Of a stretch of 64,000 nt of DNA, positions 59,301 to 61,737 are shown piece after piece. Within the stretch, counting starts at the first letter, position 1, and every line of letters starts with the position of its first letter. The DNA comes from Bdellovibrionales bacterium (GTDB lineage: Bacteria; Bdellovibrionota; Bdellovibrionia; Bdellovibrionales; JAGQZY01), in the NCBI GenBank assembly GCA_964230645.1, contig CAXRHT010000003.1, forward strand, positions 459,108 through 523,107, written 5' to 3'. The notes below the pieces were generated by a model that worked only from the letters and a program-made list of their open reading frames with translations, searched no databases and was not told the DNA's origin. Position numbers and translations under genes: made by a program.

Positions 59301-61189
59301 GCTATGAAAATAACGCCGTTGTTTCACTGCAAAACCCTGCAACGAGTCCTAACAATGTTTCAACACCTACGATTCGTATCAACAACTTGGTGGCTGGTGT
59401 GACTTCAAGACTATATAGTGATGCGGGTTGTGCCAACGAAGTGAGTACAGACGTCGCTGTCAGTGCCACAACCGATGCCACCTCTTCCATCTTGACGGAC
59501 AACACTTACGAGTTCCATGTCAGAGTAGAAGACTCCTATGGAAACATCACCGCGTGTTCAACAAGTAGTGTGGATTATATCCTGGACACAGGAACTCCAG
59601 ATCCTTCATTGTGGACATGGCTCATGAACAGTCCCAATGATGGGACGACTTCCTCTGATCCTACGCCTCAAATTAATATGAGTAGTGCCACCGGAGAGAA
59701 TGGAACTTCTGTACAGCTTTACGATGAGGCGACCTGTACGAACAACGTAGGTTCACCCAGAACTGTGGCTTCGCAAGCCGCGAGTTTTACAGATATCAGC
59801 TATCTTACCAATGGTACTCAAGACGGGCAGAAGACCTACTTCGCCATCGCTTCAGACATAGCCGGTAATATTTCAGGTTGTACACCAGTAGGACTTGATT
59901 ACTTCCTTGATCAAGTGAATCCGAACGCGGCCTCTGGACTTGCAACTGCAAGCGTTTGGCACACTCCCGATACCGCTTCAGCTCCACAATTTTCTTGGGC
60001 CGCCGTATCTGATCCAGCTCCATCAAGTGGGGTGGACAGAATTGAAGTGGCAATTTCTACCCAAGTCGGTGGTGGAAACGAAGCTGGAGGCTGGACAGCG
60101 CTTGCACCGGGAGCGACATCTCACACCTACTCTTCGGGCTTAGCACTAACAGAGTGTTCACCTTATTACCCAAGCATTCGAGTGGTTGATAACGCACAGA
60201 ACGTTTCAAATACCGTTACAGCCCCGTCATTTAGAGTGGACATCACCAACCCGACCGATCCTGTGATCTCTAGAGGTACAAATCAAAATACCACTCAATC
60301 ACCTACAATTAATATTGATACGGCGAGTACCGATAATTGTTCTTTCAGTCAGTACCAAGCTCTTGTTTCTAGAGACACCAACGACAATGGTTCTTTAGAT
60401 CCAGGTGAAGAAGGAAACGTTCAAGCTTGGACCAATATTGGTAATGTGGCGACTTATCAATACTCGGGTGCTCTTGCTCCAGGAAGTCGTTACATTGTTT
60501 CTATCCGGGGAGTGGACGCTGCTGGTAGAACAAGTAACACGGTTAGCACTGATGCTTGGGGAATTCCAATCGAGTATATCGGTAGTTGGCAGCAAGGTCT
60601 CACCCATGTACCAACAGCTGGATCCAGTCGAATGCTGTTCGTAACAATGGCGATGGATGTTGAAAACAGTGATTCCGACCTTATCGCGATGACCTATGGT
60701 GGACAGGCGATGTTCCAAGTGGGAGAAGCAAATGCGACAGCCACCAACAACTGGACCACGCGTACTGAAATTTGGGCTTGTAATGAGGCTTGTATTTCTG
60801 CTGCGACAAACAATAACATCAACCCAACTTTTGCGAATGGTGCTGCAAAACATCCAAATTATGCGAGCGCGATGTTCCAATATGTTAATCAAGCTTCGCC
60901 AGTTTTTGATACAGCCAATAATCAGTCAACCAGTGCGCAAAACCTGACGACTCCGCTACTCAATGAAAATGAGACGGGCTTAAATGTGGCTTCTGTGGGT
61001 CATGGTAACACGGCTGTTTTCCTCGCTGTACCTCCTGGTTATACCGAATCAGGCGGTCAGACAAGTGCCCAATCTGAGCACAACTCTGGGCATCTGGTCA
61101 TTCAGACGGATGGAGCCAACACATATTTCTTTAACTCTAACAGCACACAACGTATGGCTGCGGTTGTTGTCCATATTAACCCTCAGTAG
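32303..61189 (+). CDS. Giant (9,628 aa) repetitive surface lipoprotein/adhesin with 78 ASH/HYDIN-like (choice-of-anchor D-like) Ig repeats
   Basis: Uninterrupted ORF with RBS GAGGAG and TTG start; lipobox-like MVAC at Cys26. The ~115-aa repeats carry 'P.dFG...g....ftitN.G...at......l..pF...gg.fPG.gG.C...L..g.sC.i.v.f.P...g.....i.Y.nG......l.G.g', typical of ASPM-SPD2-Hydin/choice-of-anchor D domains. Confidence 0.93.
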   Translation: MILRLSLAKARNFILSCLTVPFMVACIADINEPLSSNNGLLVFSTSTSPSDQINQLDFGATAAAPGRSFETIFLINTGGKAIDSIKTTLTESEFVFEGGNYPGIGGDCAKDLSPGEACSIVLRFNPPTTTSYTGELNITYGDSAELVAARLDLKGQGTNPALLTVSETDPYDYGQQPLNTSGEHVFTISNVPDGAIAKRITEVALNPPYELKGGEWPGLGGTCTDKLLPGNTCSFVVTFTPTVVGPNLGEINVQYDNGITQVSADRDLTGVGVIPANLVIDMAPVYDFGTLIISQNATFTFTVTNAGGLDATSMTGAGLVFPFNFTGGSYPGAGGDCGTTLTPSATCTIEVQFAPINPGSFTSTLEIPYNNGAVLDTATRDIQGAAVTPALLTISDGPTLDFGVTAIGSSLTHAFTVTNSGGSQATAILDTGALAAPFDYSGVGYPGIGGDCNVTLAPGASCTLVLEFAPTVANIYNDQLEISYNDGLSGQLAQRDIQGTGVIPATLTITETDPYNYGSIPTGGFITHTFTVANTGGFSASSIAEVGLAAPFEFSGGAFPGAGGDCTATLLPGDSCTLEINFSPTVTGLQQDTIALNYFDGATNQTVNRDVEGSGVTPASLSINEAPLFDYGSPVLGSQTDHTFNVSNTGGFAASSIVGGGLLPPYEYKDGSYPGTGGSCTNTIAAGSTCSIVVTYSPTVVGVDNDTIEIDYFDGVNSQTATRDITGTGVVPAFLTLTEAPLYDYGTRAVGSSNLHIFTVNNVGGAPATSLAEIGLAAPYQFVGSAYPGTGGDCGTTLGAGASCTLYIEFAPTVIGNYNDQIQLDYFDGAALQQVTRDVTGNGAAPASLSISEAPTYDFGNVAIGGQDTHSLVITNSGGVPAVSLSGSTLTLPFDYEGSTYPGLSGDCTATLAPGATCSISLSFSPTALTTSNDTFTLSYNDGVGGQSVPRDVTGTGVNPAQLAIDQGPTFDYGTLATGSAQVNLFTVSNSGDVTANNIAVVNPLGLPFQYEGGTYPGTSGNCGTSLASGATCSIAVEYAPTATGSHSDTIDIQYDNGAIVTNTTRDVQGNGVNPALLVIDQSPLYNFGSVPTGATRTFIFTMTNTGSFLASGLSGAGLTPPFTYSGGSFPGTGGDCAATLAASSSCQIEVLYSPTNVATHTATMDVNYFDGANNQNSLRDLQGTGVAPALLEISNAPSFNFGTVATGSINTQVLTVSNSGGFQATAIADNLGLAAPFSFSGGTFPGVGGDCAATLAAGSTCLIEVSYNPVAPASDSDTIDIAYNNGVSAQNALRDLLGVAVNPAVIDITETDPYDFGTIATGGIRTHIFTLSNSGGITATGVAEVGLAAPFAFTGGAFPGTNGDCTSSIANGASCDIEIAYQPTVTGTQTDSIEIQYNDGSGSVSSLRQIQGTGAAPASITITETDPYDYGTLAQGGSATHTFTLTNAGGVDATVMSGGGLGAPFSFTGGSYPGAGGDCGATLVPAATCLIEVQFAPTTAAVFNDTIDINYFDGANNVTSARDITGTGAAPALLTISESNPYNFGLIANGGSVSHSFTISNAGGVPATAVAEVGLSAPFNYLGGSFPGTGGDCGATIGVGASCTIRVAFQPTATGVFPDTIDFTYNNGSAVVNSTRDVQGTATAPASIAISETDPYNYGTRAVGSVTSHIFSLTNSGGVSATAIADAGGLAAPFSYVGGSFPGTGGDCGATLAALASCNIEVIYSPTAAVTDTDTIDVNYNDGTGATNTTRDVTGTGALPANLSITETDPFDFGSVTVGSSQTHIFTISNGGGVAATTISEVGLAPPFAFAGGGGFPGAGGTCTATLGASASCDVVVEFTPAGSGFVSDTIDFSYFDGVNTQNVTRNIQATGLVPATLSISELDPYDYGTRPTGSINQHVFVVTNTGGTQASGMAGAGLNAPFRFEGGSYPGTSGSCAATLAVGASCNLVVEYAPVAVSPSDTDTIDMNYFDGANSQVSSRDLVGVAVTPALLTISESDPYSYGTLATGASRAHSFTISNTGGSQATAIAESTVAAPFRYTGAGNTFPGAAGDCGTTLAAGATCTIEVEYAPTVVNASDAGTITFGYNNGVSVQGVARTLSGVAVTPASITMDQGDPYNYGTVAQGASRNVVITLTNGGGFNATSLTEITLGGDFDFTGAGFPGTGGNCTATLTSGATCTIEVAFSPSSTGALAGTLSLQYNNGVSVVTETKALSGTGAAPALITISGTDPVDFGTVTQGSNTTILLTVNNTGAVNATGISGGGLAAPFGFTGGTYPGLGGTCGDPILPSTPCNIEIQFSPTTAVVSNGQVDINYNNGVGPQTTTRTLVGEGVAPALLTISGVDPYDFGTIANGGGIASVAFTINNIGSSSATAINETTLGGDFDFYLAGYPGSGGTCGASLPAGGSCNVVLEFTPTSLGPLSSTFTLQYNDGAAVQTESKDLQGVGGAPALLDIASSDPHDFGTAAIGSTNTVILTISNGGAVSATGMAAVASLSPPFNYTGVGYPGTNGTCGTSLATSATCDIEVQWVPAALGPQTQNISINYNDGTGATNFTHGVQGTGANPAQLAIQGVDPADFGNVTQGDTQTLILTVENTGDVNATGITETGLAGDYAFTAPGTFPGGAGTCTTTITNGSTCTIEVQVTPSSTGIIPGTITFDYNNGANNTSYSHGLTTNGLAPAVLAITPGPGNYDFGTRPVGSTNSNTFTLTNSGGSAATLIVGGGLSAPFTYSGGSFPGGGTCTGTLASGSSCTFVADYLPVAANGAESDTITIDYNDGAAAQQITLGLDAVSQTRATLTISESDPYNYGTLATGATRAHSFTISNTGEFQAGAITETTVAAPFRYTGAGNTYPGAAGDCGATLAGGATCTIEVEYAPTLVSAGDSGTITFGYNDGVAVQSVARTLSGVAVTPASITMDQGDPYNFGTVAQGASRNVLITLTNGGGFGATSITETTLGGDFDFTGAGFPGTGGNCTTSLLSGASCTIEVQFAPASTGALAGTLSIQYNNGVTTVTETKALSGSGAAPALITISGTDPVDLGNVTQGSNSTVILTVNNTGAVNATGISGGGLSAPFGFTGGSYPGTGGTCGDPILPSTPCTIELQFSPTTAVVSNGQVDINYNNGVGPQTTTRTLVGTGVAPALLTLSGVDPYDFGTLANGGGIAAVTVTVDNIGSSSATAMSETTLGGDFDFYLSGYPGNGGTCGASLPAGSNCTVVLEFTPTSLGPLSSTFTLQYNDGAAVQTESKALQGVGGAPALLDIATSDPHDFGTRAIGSTNTVILTVTNGGAVAATTIADAATLSPPFNYTGTGYPGTNGTCGVSLNSGASCDLEVQWVPASTGVQNQNITLNYNDGTGATSFVHGLQGTGANPAQLAIQGVDPADFGNVTQGDTQILILTVENTGSVNATGIAETGLAGDYAFTAPGTFPGGAGTCTTTITNGSTCTIEVQVTPSSTGIIPGTITFDYNNGANNTSYSHGLTTNGLAPAVLAITPGPGNYNFGTRPVGSTNSNTFTLTNSGGSAASLIIGGGLSAPFTYSGGSFPGGGTCTGTLASGSSCTFIVDYLPTVANGAETDTITVDYNDGAAAQQITLGLDAVSQTRATLTISESDPYNYGTLATGATRAHSFTISNTGEFQASAIGESTVAAPFRYTGAGNIYPGAAGDCGATLAGGATCTIEVEYAPTLVSAGDAGTITFGYNDGVAVQSVARTLSGVAVTPASITMDQGDPYNFGTVAQGASRPVIITLTNGGGFGATSITETTLGGDFDFTGAGFPGTGGNCTASLLSGASCTIEVEFAPTVTGALAGTLTVQYNNGVSTVTETKALSGNGAAPALITISGTDPVDFGSVTQGASNTLLLTVNNTGAVNATGISGGGLAAPFGFTGGSYPGSGGTCGDPILPSTPCTIELQFSPTTAVVSNGQVDINYNNGVGPQTTTRTLVGTGVAPALLTFSGTDPYDFGTIANGGGIASVTVTVDNIGASSATAMNETTLSGDFDFYLSGYPGNGGTCGASLPAGSNCTVVLEFTPTSLGPLSSTFTIQYNDGAAVQTEAKDLQGVGGAPALLDIATSDPHNFGTRAIGSNNTVILTVTNGGAVAATTIADGLSLTPPFDFTGGSYPGSNGTCGASLATGANCDIEVQWIPAATGLQSQNITLNYNDGTGAATFTHGLQGTGANPALLSIQGADPADFGNVTLADTQTLLLTVENTGGVAATAVVESGLAGDYAFTAPGTFPGGGGSCPTTISSGSTCTIEVQVTPSSTGVISGNVTLDYNNGATNTSYTHGLTTNGLSPATLAITPGPANYDFGTRPINSVNTNTFTLTNGGGSPATGIVGGGLASPFVYSGGSFPGGGTCTGTLAAGSSCTFVVDYLPTVANGAETDTITIDYNDGTVAQQTTLGLDAVSQTRSLLTISESNPYNYGTLATGATRANTFTITNTGEYQATAISETTIANPFRYTGAGNTFPGAAGDCGTTLNGGASCTIEVEYAPTVVSGADSGTITFGYNDGVAVQSVARTLSGVAVTPASITMNQGDPYNFGTVAQGASRNVLITLTNGGGHGASAITETTLGGDFDFSGAGFPGTGGNCTATLLSGASCNIEVAFAPGSTGALAGTLSIQYNNGVSVVTETKALNGTGASPALITISGTDPVDFGNVTQGSSTTTLLTVNNTGSVNATGISGGGLGAPFSFTGGSYPGLGGDCGDPILPATPCTIEVRFAPTAAVVSNSQVDINYHNGVSPQTTTRTLVGTGIAPALLTFSGVDPYDFGTIANGGGIASVTVTVDNIGSSSATGINETTLGGDFDFYLSGFPGNGGTCGASLPAGSNCTVVLEFTPTSLGPLASTFTLQYNDGAAVQTEAKDLQGVGGAPALLDIATSDPHDFGTRAIGSTNVVVLTITNGGAVAATAIADAATLTSPFSYTGAGYPGSNGTCGASLASGASCDIEVSWVPAATGLQNQTVTLNYNDGSGATSFTHGLQGTGANPALLSIQGADPADFGNVTLADTQSLLLTVENTGDVAATSVSESALAGDYAFTAPGTFPGGGGSCTATIGGGATCTIEVQVTPSSTGVISGNVTLDYNNGATNTSYTHGLTTNGLSPATLAITPGPANYDFGTRPINSVNTNTFTLTNGGGSPATGIVGGGLASPFVYSGGSFPGGGTCTGTLAAGSSCTFVVDYLPTVANGAETDTITIDYNDGTVAQQTTLGLDAVSQTRSLLTISESSPYNYGTLATGATRAHTFTIANTGEYQATAISETTVTNPFRYTGAGNTYPGAAGDCGATLNGGASCTIEVEYAPTVVSGADSGTITFGYNDGVAVQSVARTLSGVAVTPASITMNQADPYNFGTVAQGASRNVLITLTNGGGHSATSLTEITLGGDFDFTGAGFPGTGGNCTASLLSGASCNIEVTFAPGSTGALAGTLTLQYNNGVTTVTETKDLSGAGAAPALITISGTDPVDFGNVTQGSNNTLLLTVNNTGAVNATGISGGGLSAPFGFTGGAYPGSAGTCGDPILPSTPCTIEVRFSPTTAVVSNGQVDINYNNGVGPQTTTRTLVGTGIAPALLTFTGADPYDFGTVANGGGLASVTVTVNNVGSSSATAMNETTLGGDFDFYLTSYPGNGGTCGASLPAGGSCDVVLEFTPTSLGPLASTFTIQYNDGAAVQTEAKALQGVGGAPALLDIATSDPHNFGTRAIGSNNTVILTITNGGAVAATGIADAATLSAPFDYTGTGYPGTNGDCGASLASSASCDIEVQWIPSSTGLQTQDITLNYNNGTGATAFVHGLQGTGANPALLSIQGADPADFGNVTQGNPRVLLLTVENTGDVNATGITESGLAGDYAFTAPGTFPGGGGNCTTTISSGGTCTIEVRVIPSSTGAVTGNVTLNYNNGATNTSYTHGLTTNAISPAILAITPGPANYDYGTRPINSTNTNTFTLSNSGGSPATSIVGGGLASPFIYSGGSFPGGGTCTGTLAAGSSCTFIVDYLPTTANGAETDTITIDFNDGVALQQTTLGLDAVSQTRANLTISESNPYGYGTLATGATRAHTFTISNTGEFQATAIAETTVAAPFRYTGAGNVFPGAAGDCGTSLNGGATCIIEVEYAPTVAPSADSGTITFGYNDGVAVQSVARTVAGTAVTPASITMNQGDPYNFGTIAQGSSTNVVITLTNGGGATATSVSETTLGGDFRFTGAGNTFPGGAGNCTATLTSGASCTIEVEFAPSSTGALAGTLTIQYGNGVTTVTETKALSGTGAAPALITISGSDPVDLGSVTQGASTTTLLTVNNTGAVNATGISGGGLAAPFGFVGGSYPGTGGSCGDPILPSTPCTIEIQFSPTAATVSNGQVDINYNNGVTPQTTTRTLVGTGVAPAQLTITGADPYDFGTIASGGGVQSVTFTVQNVGASSATAITETTLAGDFDFYLTTFPGTGGTCGASLAAGASCDVVLEFTPTALGPLAETFTLQYNDGAATQSINKDLQGVGGSPALLDIATSDPHDFGTRAIGSTNTVILTVTNGGSVAATGMADGATLSSPFAFTGAGYPGTNGDCGASLASGASCDVEVQWVPAGTGLQAQTMTINYNDGTGATNFTHGLQGTGANPALLSIQGADPVNFGSVTQGDTQSLILTVENTGDVSATTITESGLSGDYSFTAPGTFPGGAGNCTATLTSGSTCTIEVQVSPTSTGAISGTITLNYYNGANNSSYNHGTLTNGIAPAVLAITPGPGNYNYGTRPINSTNTNTFTLTNSGGSPATGIVGGGLVAPFVHSGGSFPGGGTCTGTLASGSSCTFVVDYLPTVANGAETDTITIDYNDGAVVQQATLGLDGVSQTRANLTISETDPYNFGVLANGATRSHIFTIANTGEFQATAISESTLVAPFRFTGAGNTFPGAGGDCGALLAGGASCSIEVEYAPSAAPAADSGTITLGYNDGVAVQSVARTLSGTAVTPANITMDQADPYNFGTLAQGASRNVLITLSNGGGHGATALSETTLSGDFDFTGAGFPGANGTCTGTLASGSSCTVEVAFSPTATGALSSTLTFQYNNGASTVTETKVLNGTGATPALVTISGSDPVDFGSVTQGSSTSLTLTLNNTGTVNATGISGGGLTAPFAFTGGSYPGSAGTCGDPILPATPCTIELQFSPTSPVVSTSQVDINYNNGAGAQTSTRTLTGEGIAPALLTMSLGDPYDFGTVANGGGIRSQSFTITNIGSSSATGMNEIGMGGDFDFYLTTYPGNGGNCGASLPPAGTCTVVLEFTPTSLGPAASTFDLQYNDGVNTQNLTKDVQGVGGNPAVLSISDGPTYNYLSKAIGSSTSHLFTVTNTGAVTAISMADAGTLNPPFVFTGSGYPGDNGDCGATLASSATCTIEVAYEPTSPGSSTETVTLSYNDSINNQTASVGVTGTATTAANLSITGVDPVDFGSVTQGASSNVVFTLNNSGGVAATAITEVGMSLPFRFRGGSYPGTSGTCGTSLSSGLSCDIDVEFLPTTSGFVSQTIDINYFNGQSTQSVTRDVQGTGLDPAILGISEVNPYSFGTRPIGSSTLHVFTVTNTGGSEATGMAGGPLSSPYRFEGGTYPGTSGDCGTNLIAAASCTIAVEFLPVTTNPSYTDTITINYTDGASGQVSTRDIVGVAVNPAQLSISESDPYNFGSHPTGDNVTHIFTISNTGGVTATGIVENGLAAPFTYVGGTYPGTGGDCSPNLAAGDSCTIEVQYTPATVATHPDTISFDYNNGVNPRTETRDVTGTGVTPAIIDISESDPYDFGSVAEMSSRTHFFTLTNNGSVNATSITESTLSAPYQFAGGGGFPGAGGDCTATLAPAASCTIEVEFAPTTTGVFNDSITIQYNNGASTTSRIRTITGTGTSTANLVITESPSYDFGNVTSGGGTRTHIFSITNTGGVDATGVLGGGLSSPFSYTGGSFPGSGGNCADPIPASSTCQIEVSFTPVANVLTSDSIEVDYNDGVAPRQVTRLVQGTGVAPALLTISESDPYSYGIVPISGGFRDHLFTVTNSGNSVATGISEIGLAAPFDFADGSFPGTGGDCGTSLGVGASCDIVIRYTASAIGAQADTISLQYNNGASSSTSNRDVQGTGGQPATLSITGADPYNYGTVSVGATVTQTFTVQNTGAVAATSISDAGTMAAPYTYRGGSGFPGTSGTCTATIAPGGSCTIVVDYTPSALGAQADDIELQFDNGVITTSFTHGVTGTGASVANLTISETEPYDFGTVPVGGNLDHIFTINNTGGVPATGITGVGLSAPFSFSGGAFPGTNGTCGTTINNGVPCTIEVRYSPAATGTLSSNINLQYNNGTSVVNSIRGVQGTGAAPASLTISDGPGNYNYGVVTIGNSPTRTFTITNNGGVDATAMSGSGLSAPFTFAGGSGYPGGGTCGATLLPTASCTVVVEYAPSATGTLNDTIEISFNDGVGVQTATRGVQGTGQNPGLLTISDGPTHSFGTVTVGNSRDYTFTVQYTGDASATSVADGAGLAAPFDWKDGVYPGTGGTCGTSISADCTIVVTYAPTLASAGDNDQIVINYNNGANAVNATRDITGVAADPALLTISETDGYSLGNVVTNATTSHVFIVTNTGNTDATSVSEIGIGAPYRYRGGSYPGTSGNCGGTLTAGNNCSLDIEFAPVATGAAPETINVSYNNGVSTQSVQRNITATGIAPANITISETDPYDFATVAIGSSRARLLTLENTGAATATGMTGAGLAGQFSFRGGGGYPGAGGDCDADLTPGETCLIEVAFAPTATGLDSDTIDINYNDGAAAQTSSRDVQGTGANPALLTISESDPFNFGTHATGSTAEYTFTVTNSGGVNATAVADGLGLAAPYDWKNGTYPGTGGTCGTTITTSTPCTVVVTFSPTIAGTQNDAIVINYNNGVGVVNTQRQVEGVGADAANLTISDGPTFDWNIVTVGFSAQYTFTITNTGDISATSVGGTGLGSPYSFFGGSGYPGGGTCLTSIAPGASCTVIVEFTPTGSGTANDTMQITYNDGVTSQISNRDMTATGYENNAVVSLQNPATSPNNVSTPTIRINNLVAGVTSRLYSDAGCANEVSTDVAVSATTDATSSILTDNTYEFHVRVEDSYGNITACSTSSVDYILDTGTPDPSLWTWLMNSPNDGTTSSDPTPQINMSSATGENGTSVQLYDEATCTNNVGSPRTVASQAASFTDISYLTNGTQDGQKTYFAIASDIAGNISGCTPVGLDYFLDQVNPNAASGLATASVWHTPDTASAPQFSWAAVSDPAPSSGVDRIEVAISTQVGGGNEAGGWTALAPGATSHTYSSGLALTECSPYYPSIRVVDNAQNVSNTVTAPSFRVDITNPTDPVISRGTNQNTTQSPTINIDTASTDNCSFSQYQALVSRDTNDNGSLDPGEEGNVQAWTNIGNVATYQYSGALAPGSRYIVSIRGVDAAGRTSNTVSTDAWGIPIEYIGSWQQGLTHVPTAGSSRMLFVTMAMDVENSDSDLIAMTYGGQAMFQVGEANATATNNWTTRTEIWACNEACISAATNNNINPTFANGAAKHPNYASAMFQYVNQASPVFDTANNQSTSAQNLTTPLLNENETGLNVASVGHGNTAVFLAVPPGYTESGGQTSAQSEHNSGHLVIQTDGANTYFFNSNSTQRMAAVVVHINPQ
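38279..54154 (+). repeat. Seven-domain super-repeat (2,415 nt / 805 aa), 6 complete copies plus 4 domains
   Basis: The homologous TPGP codon lies at 40361, 42776, 45191, 47606, 50021 and 52442 (spacing 2415 four times, then 2421). Domain order A-G is conserved. Confidence 0.93.
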
Positions 61190-61198
61190 GAGAGTGCA

Positions 61199-61654
61199 AT
61201 GAAGATGGTTGTTATCTTATTAACATTTCTAAGCATACAGGCCCAGGTTGAGCCCGAAGGCTCCTACACCCAAGAAGAATTGGCGGAAGTGACCGACTAT
61301 CTAACCCTGCTTCAATCTATCCCTTTTCCTTGTGACGAATTAGAGGGAGAAAAAAAATGTGAGAAAAATCTAATTTACGATAAAGCCACTGATCAGATTC
61401 ATGTAATAGTGAGTGATAATCGTAAAAAAGAAAATGGTGATTTAGACATCAATGAAGTTTTACGTGATCCCTCGTCTTACGGCGGAAATCTGAACTCTAT
61501 CAATCTCAGAGAAGAGTTCAATAACGAAGAACATCCCTTCAAATCGGTGCAAGCTCAATTCGTTAGGGATGAAAACGACAAAAAGAATCTCAACAAACAG
61601 AAAATTAAAATCCAGGTTCGCTTTGGTGATCAGGCTCTCCAAAAAGAGTTTTAA
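61199..61654 (+). CDS. Small secreted hypothetical protein
   Basis: Starts 9 nt after the giant gene's stop with RBS GGAG; signal peptide MKMVVILLTFLSIQAQ; one Cys pair. Confidence 0.75.
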   Translation: MKMVVILLTFLSIQAQVEPEGSYTQEELAEVTDYLTLLQSIPFPCDELEGEKKCEKNLIYDKATDQIHVIVSDNRKKENGDLDINEVLRDPSSYGGNLNSINLREEFNNEEHPFKSVQAQFVRDENDKKNLNKQKIKIQVRFGDQALQKEF

Positions 61655-61737
61655 AAAGTAAATTTCCCCCCAATCAATCATGACTCATCTTTGCATCATC
61701 TTTTGTTTTTTTAACGAGAATAAAGTTTAATTAAACC

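Noticed and set aside
32786-61202. Dozens of short alternative-frame and antisense ORFs inside the giant gene, including recurring 'MTTTIC...' and 'MPAKAPV...' frames
   Set aside because: They are shadows of the Gly/Thr/Ala-rich repeat coding sequence and recur with the 2,415-nt period. They lack RBSs and protein-like features.
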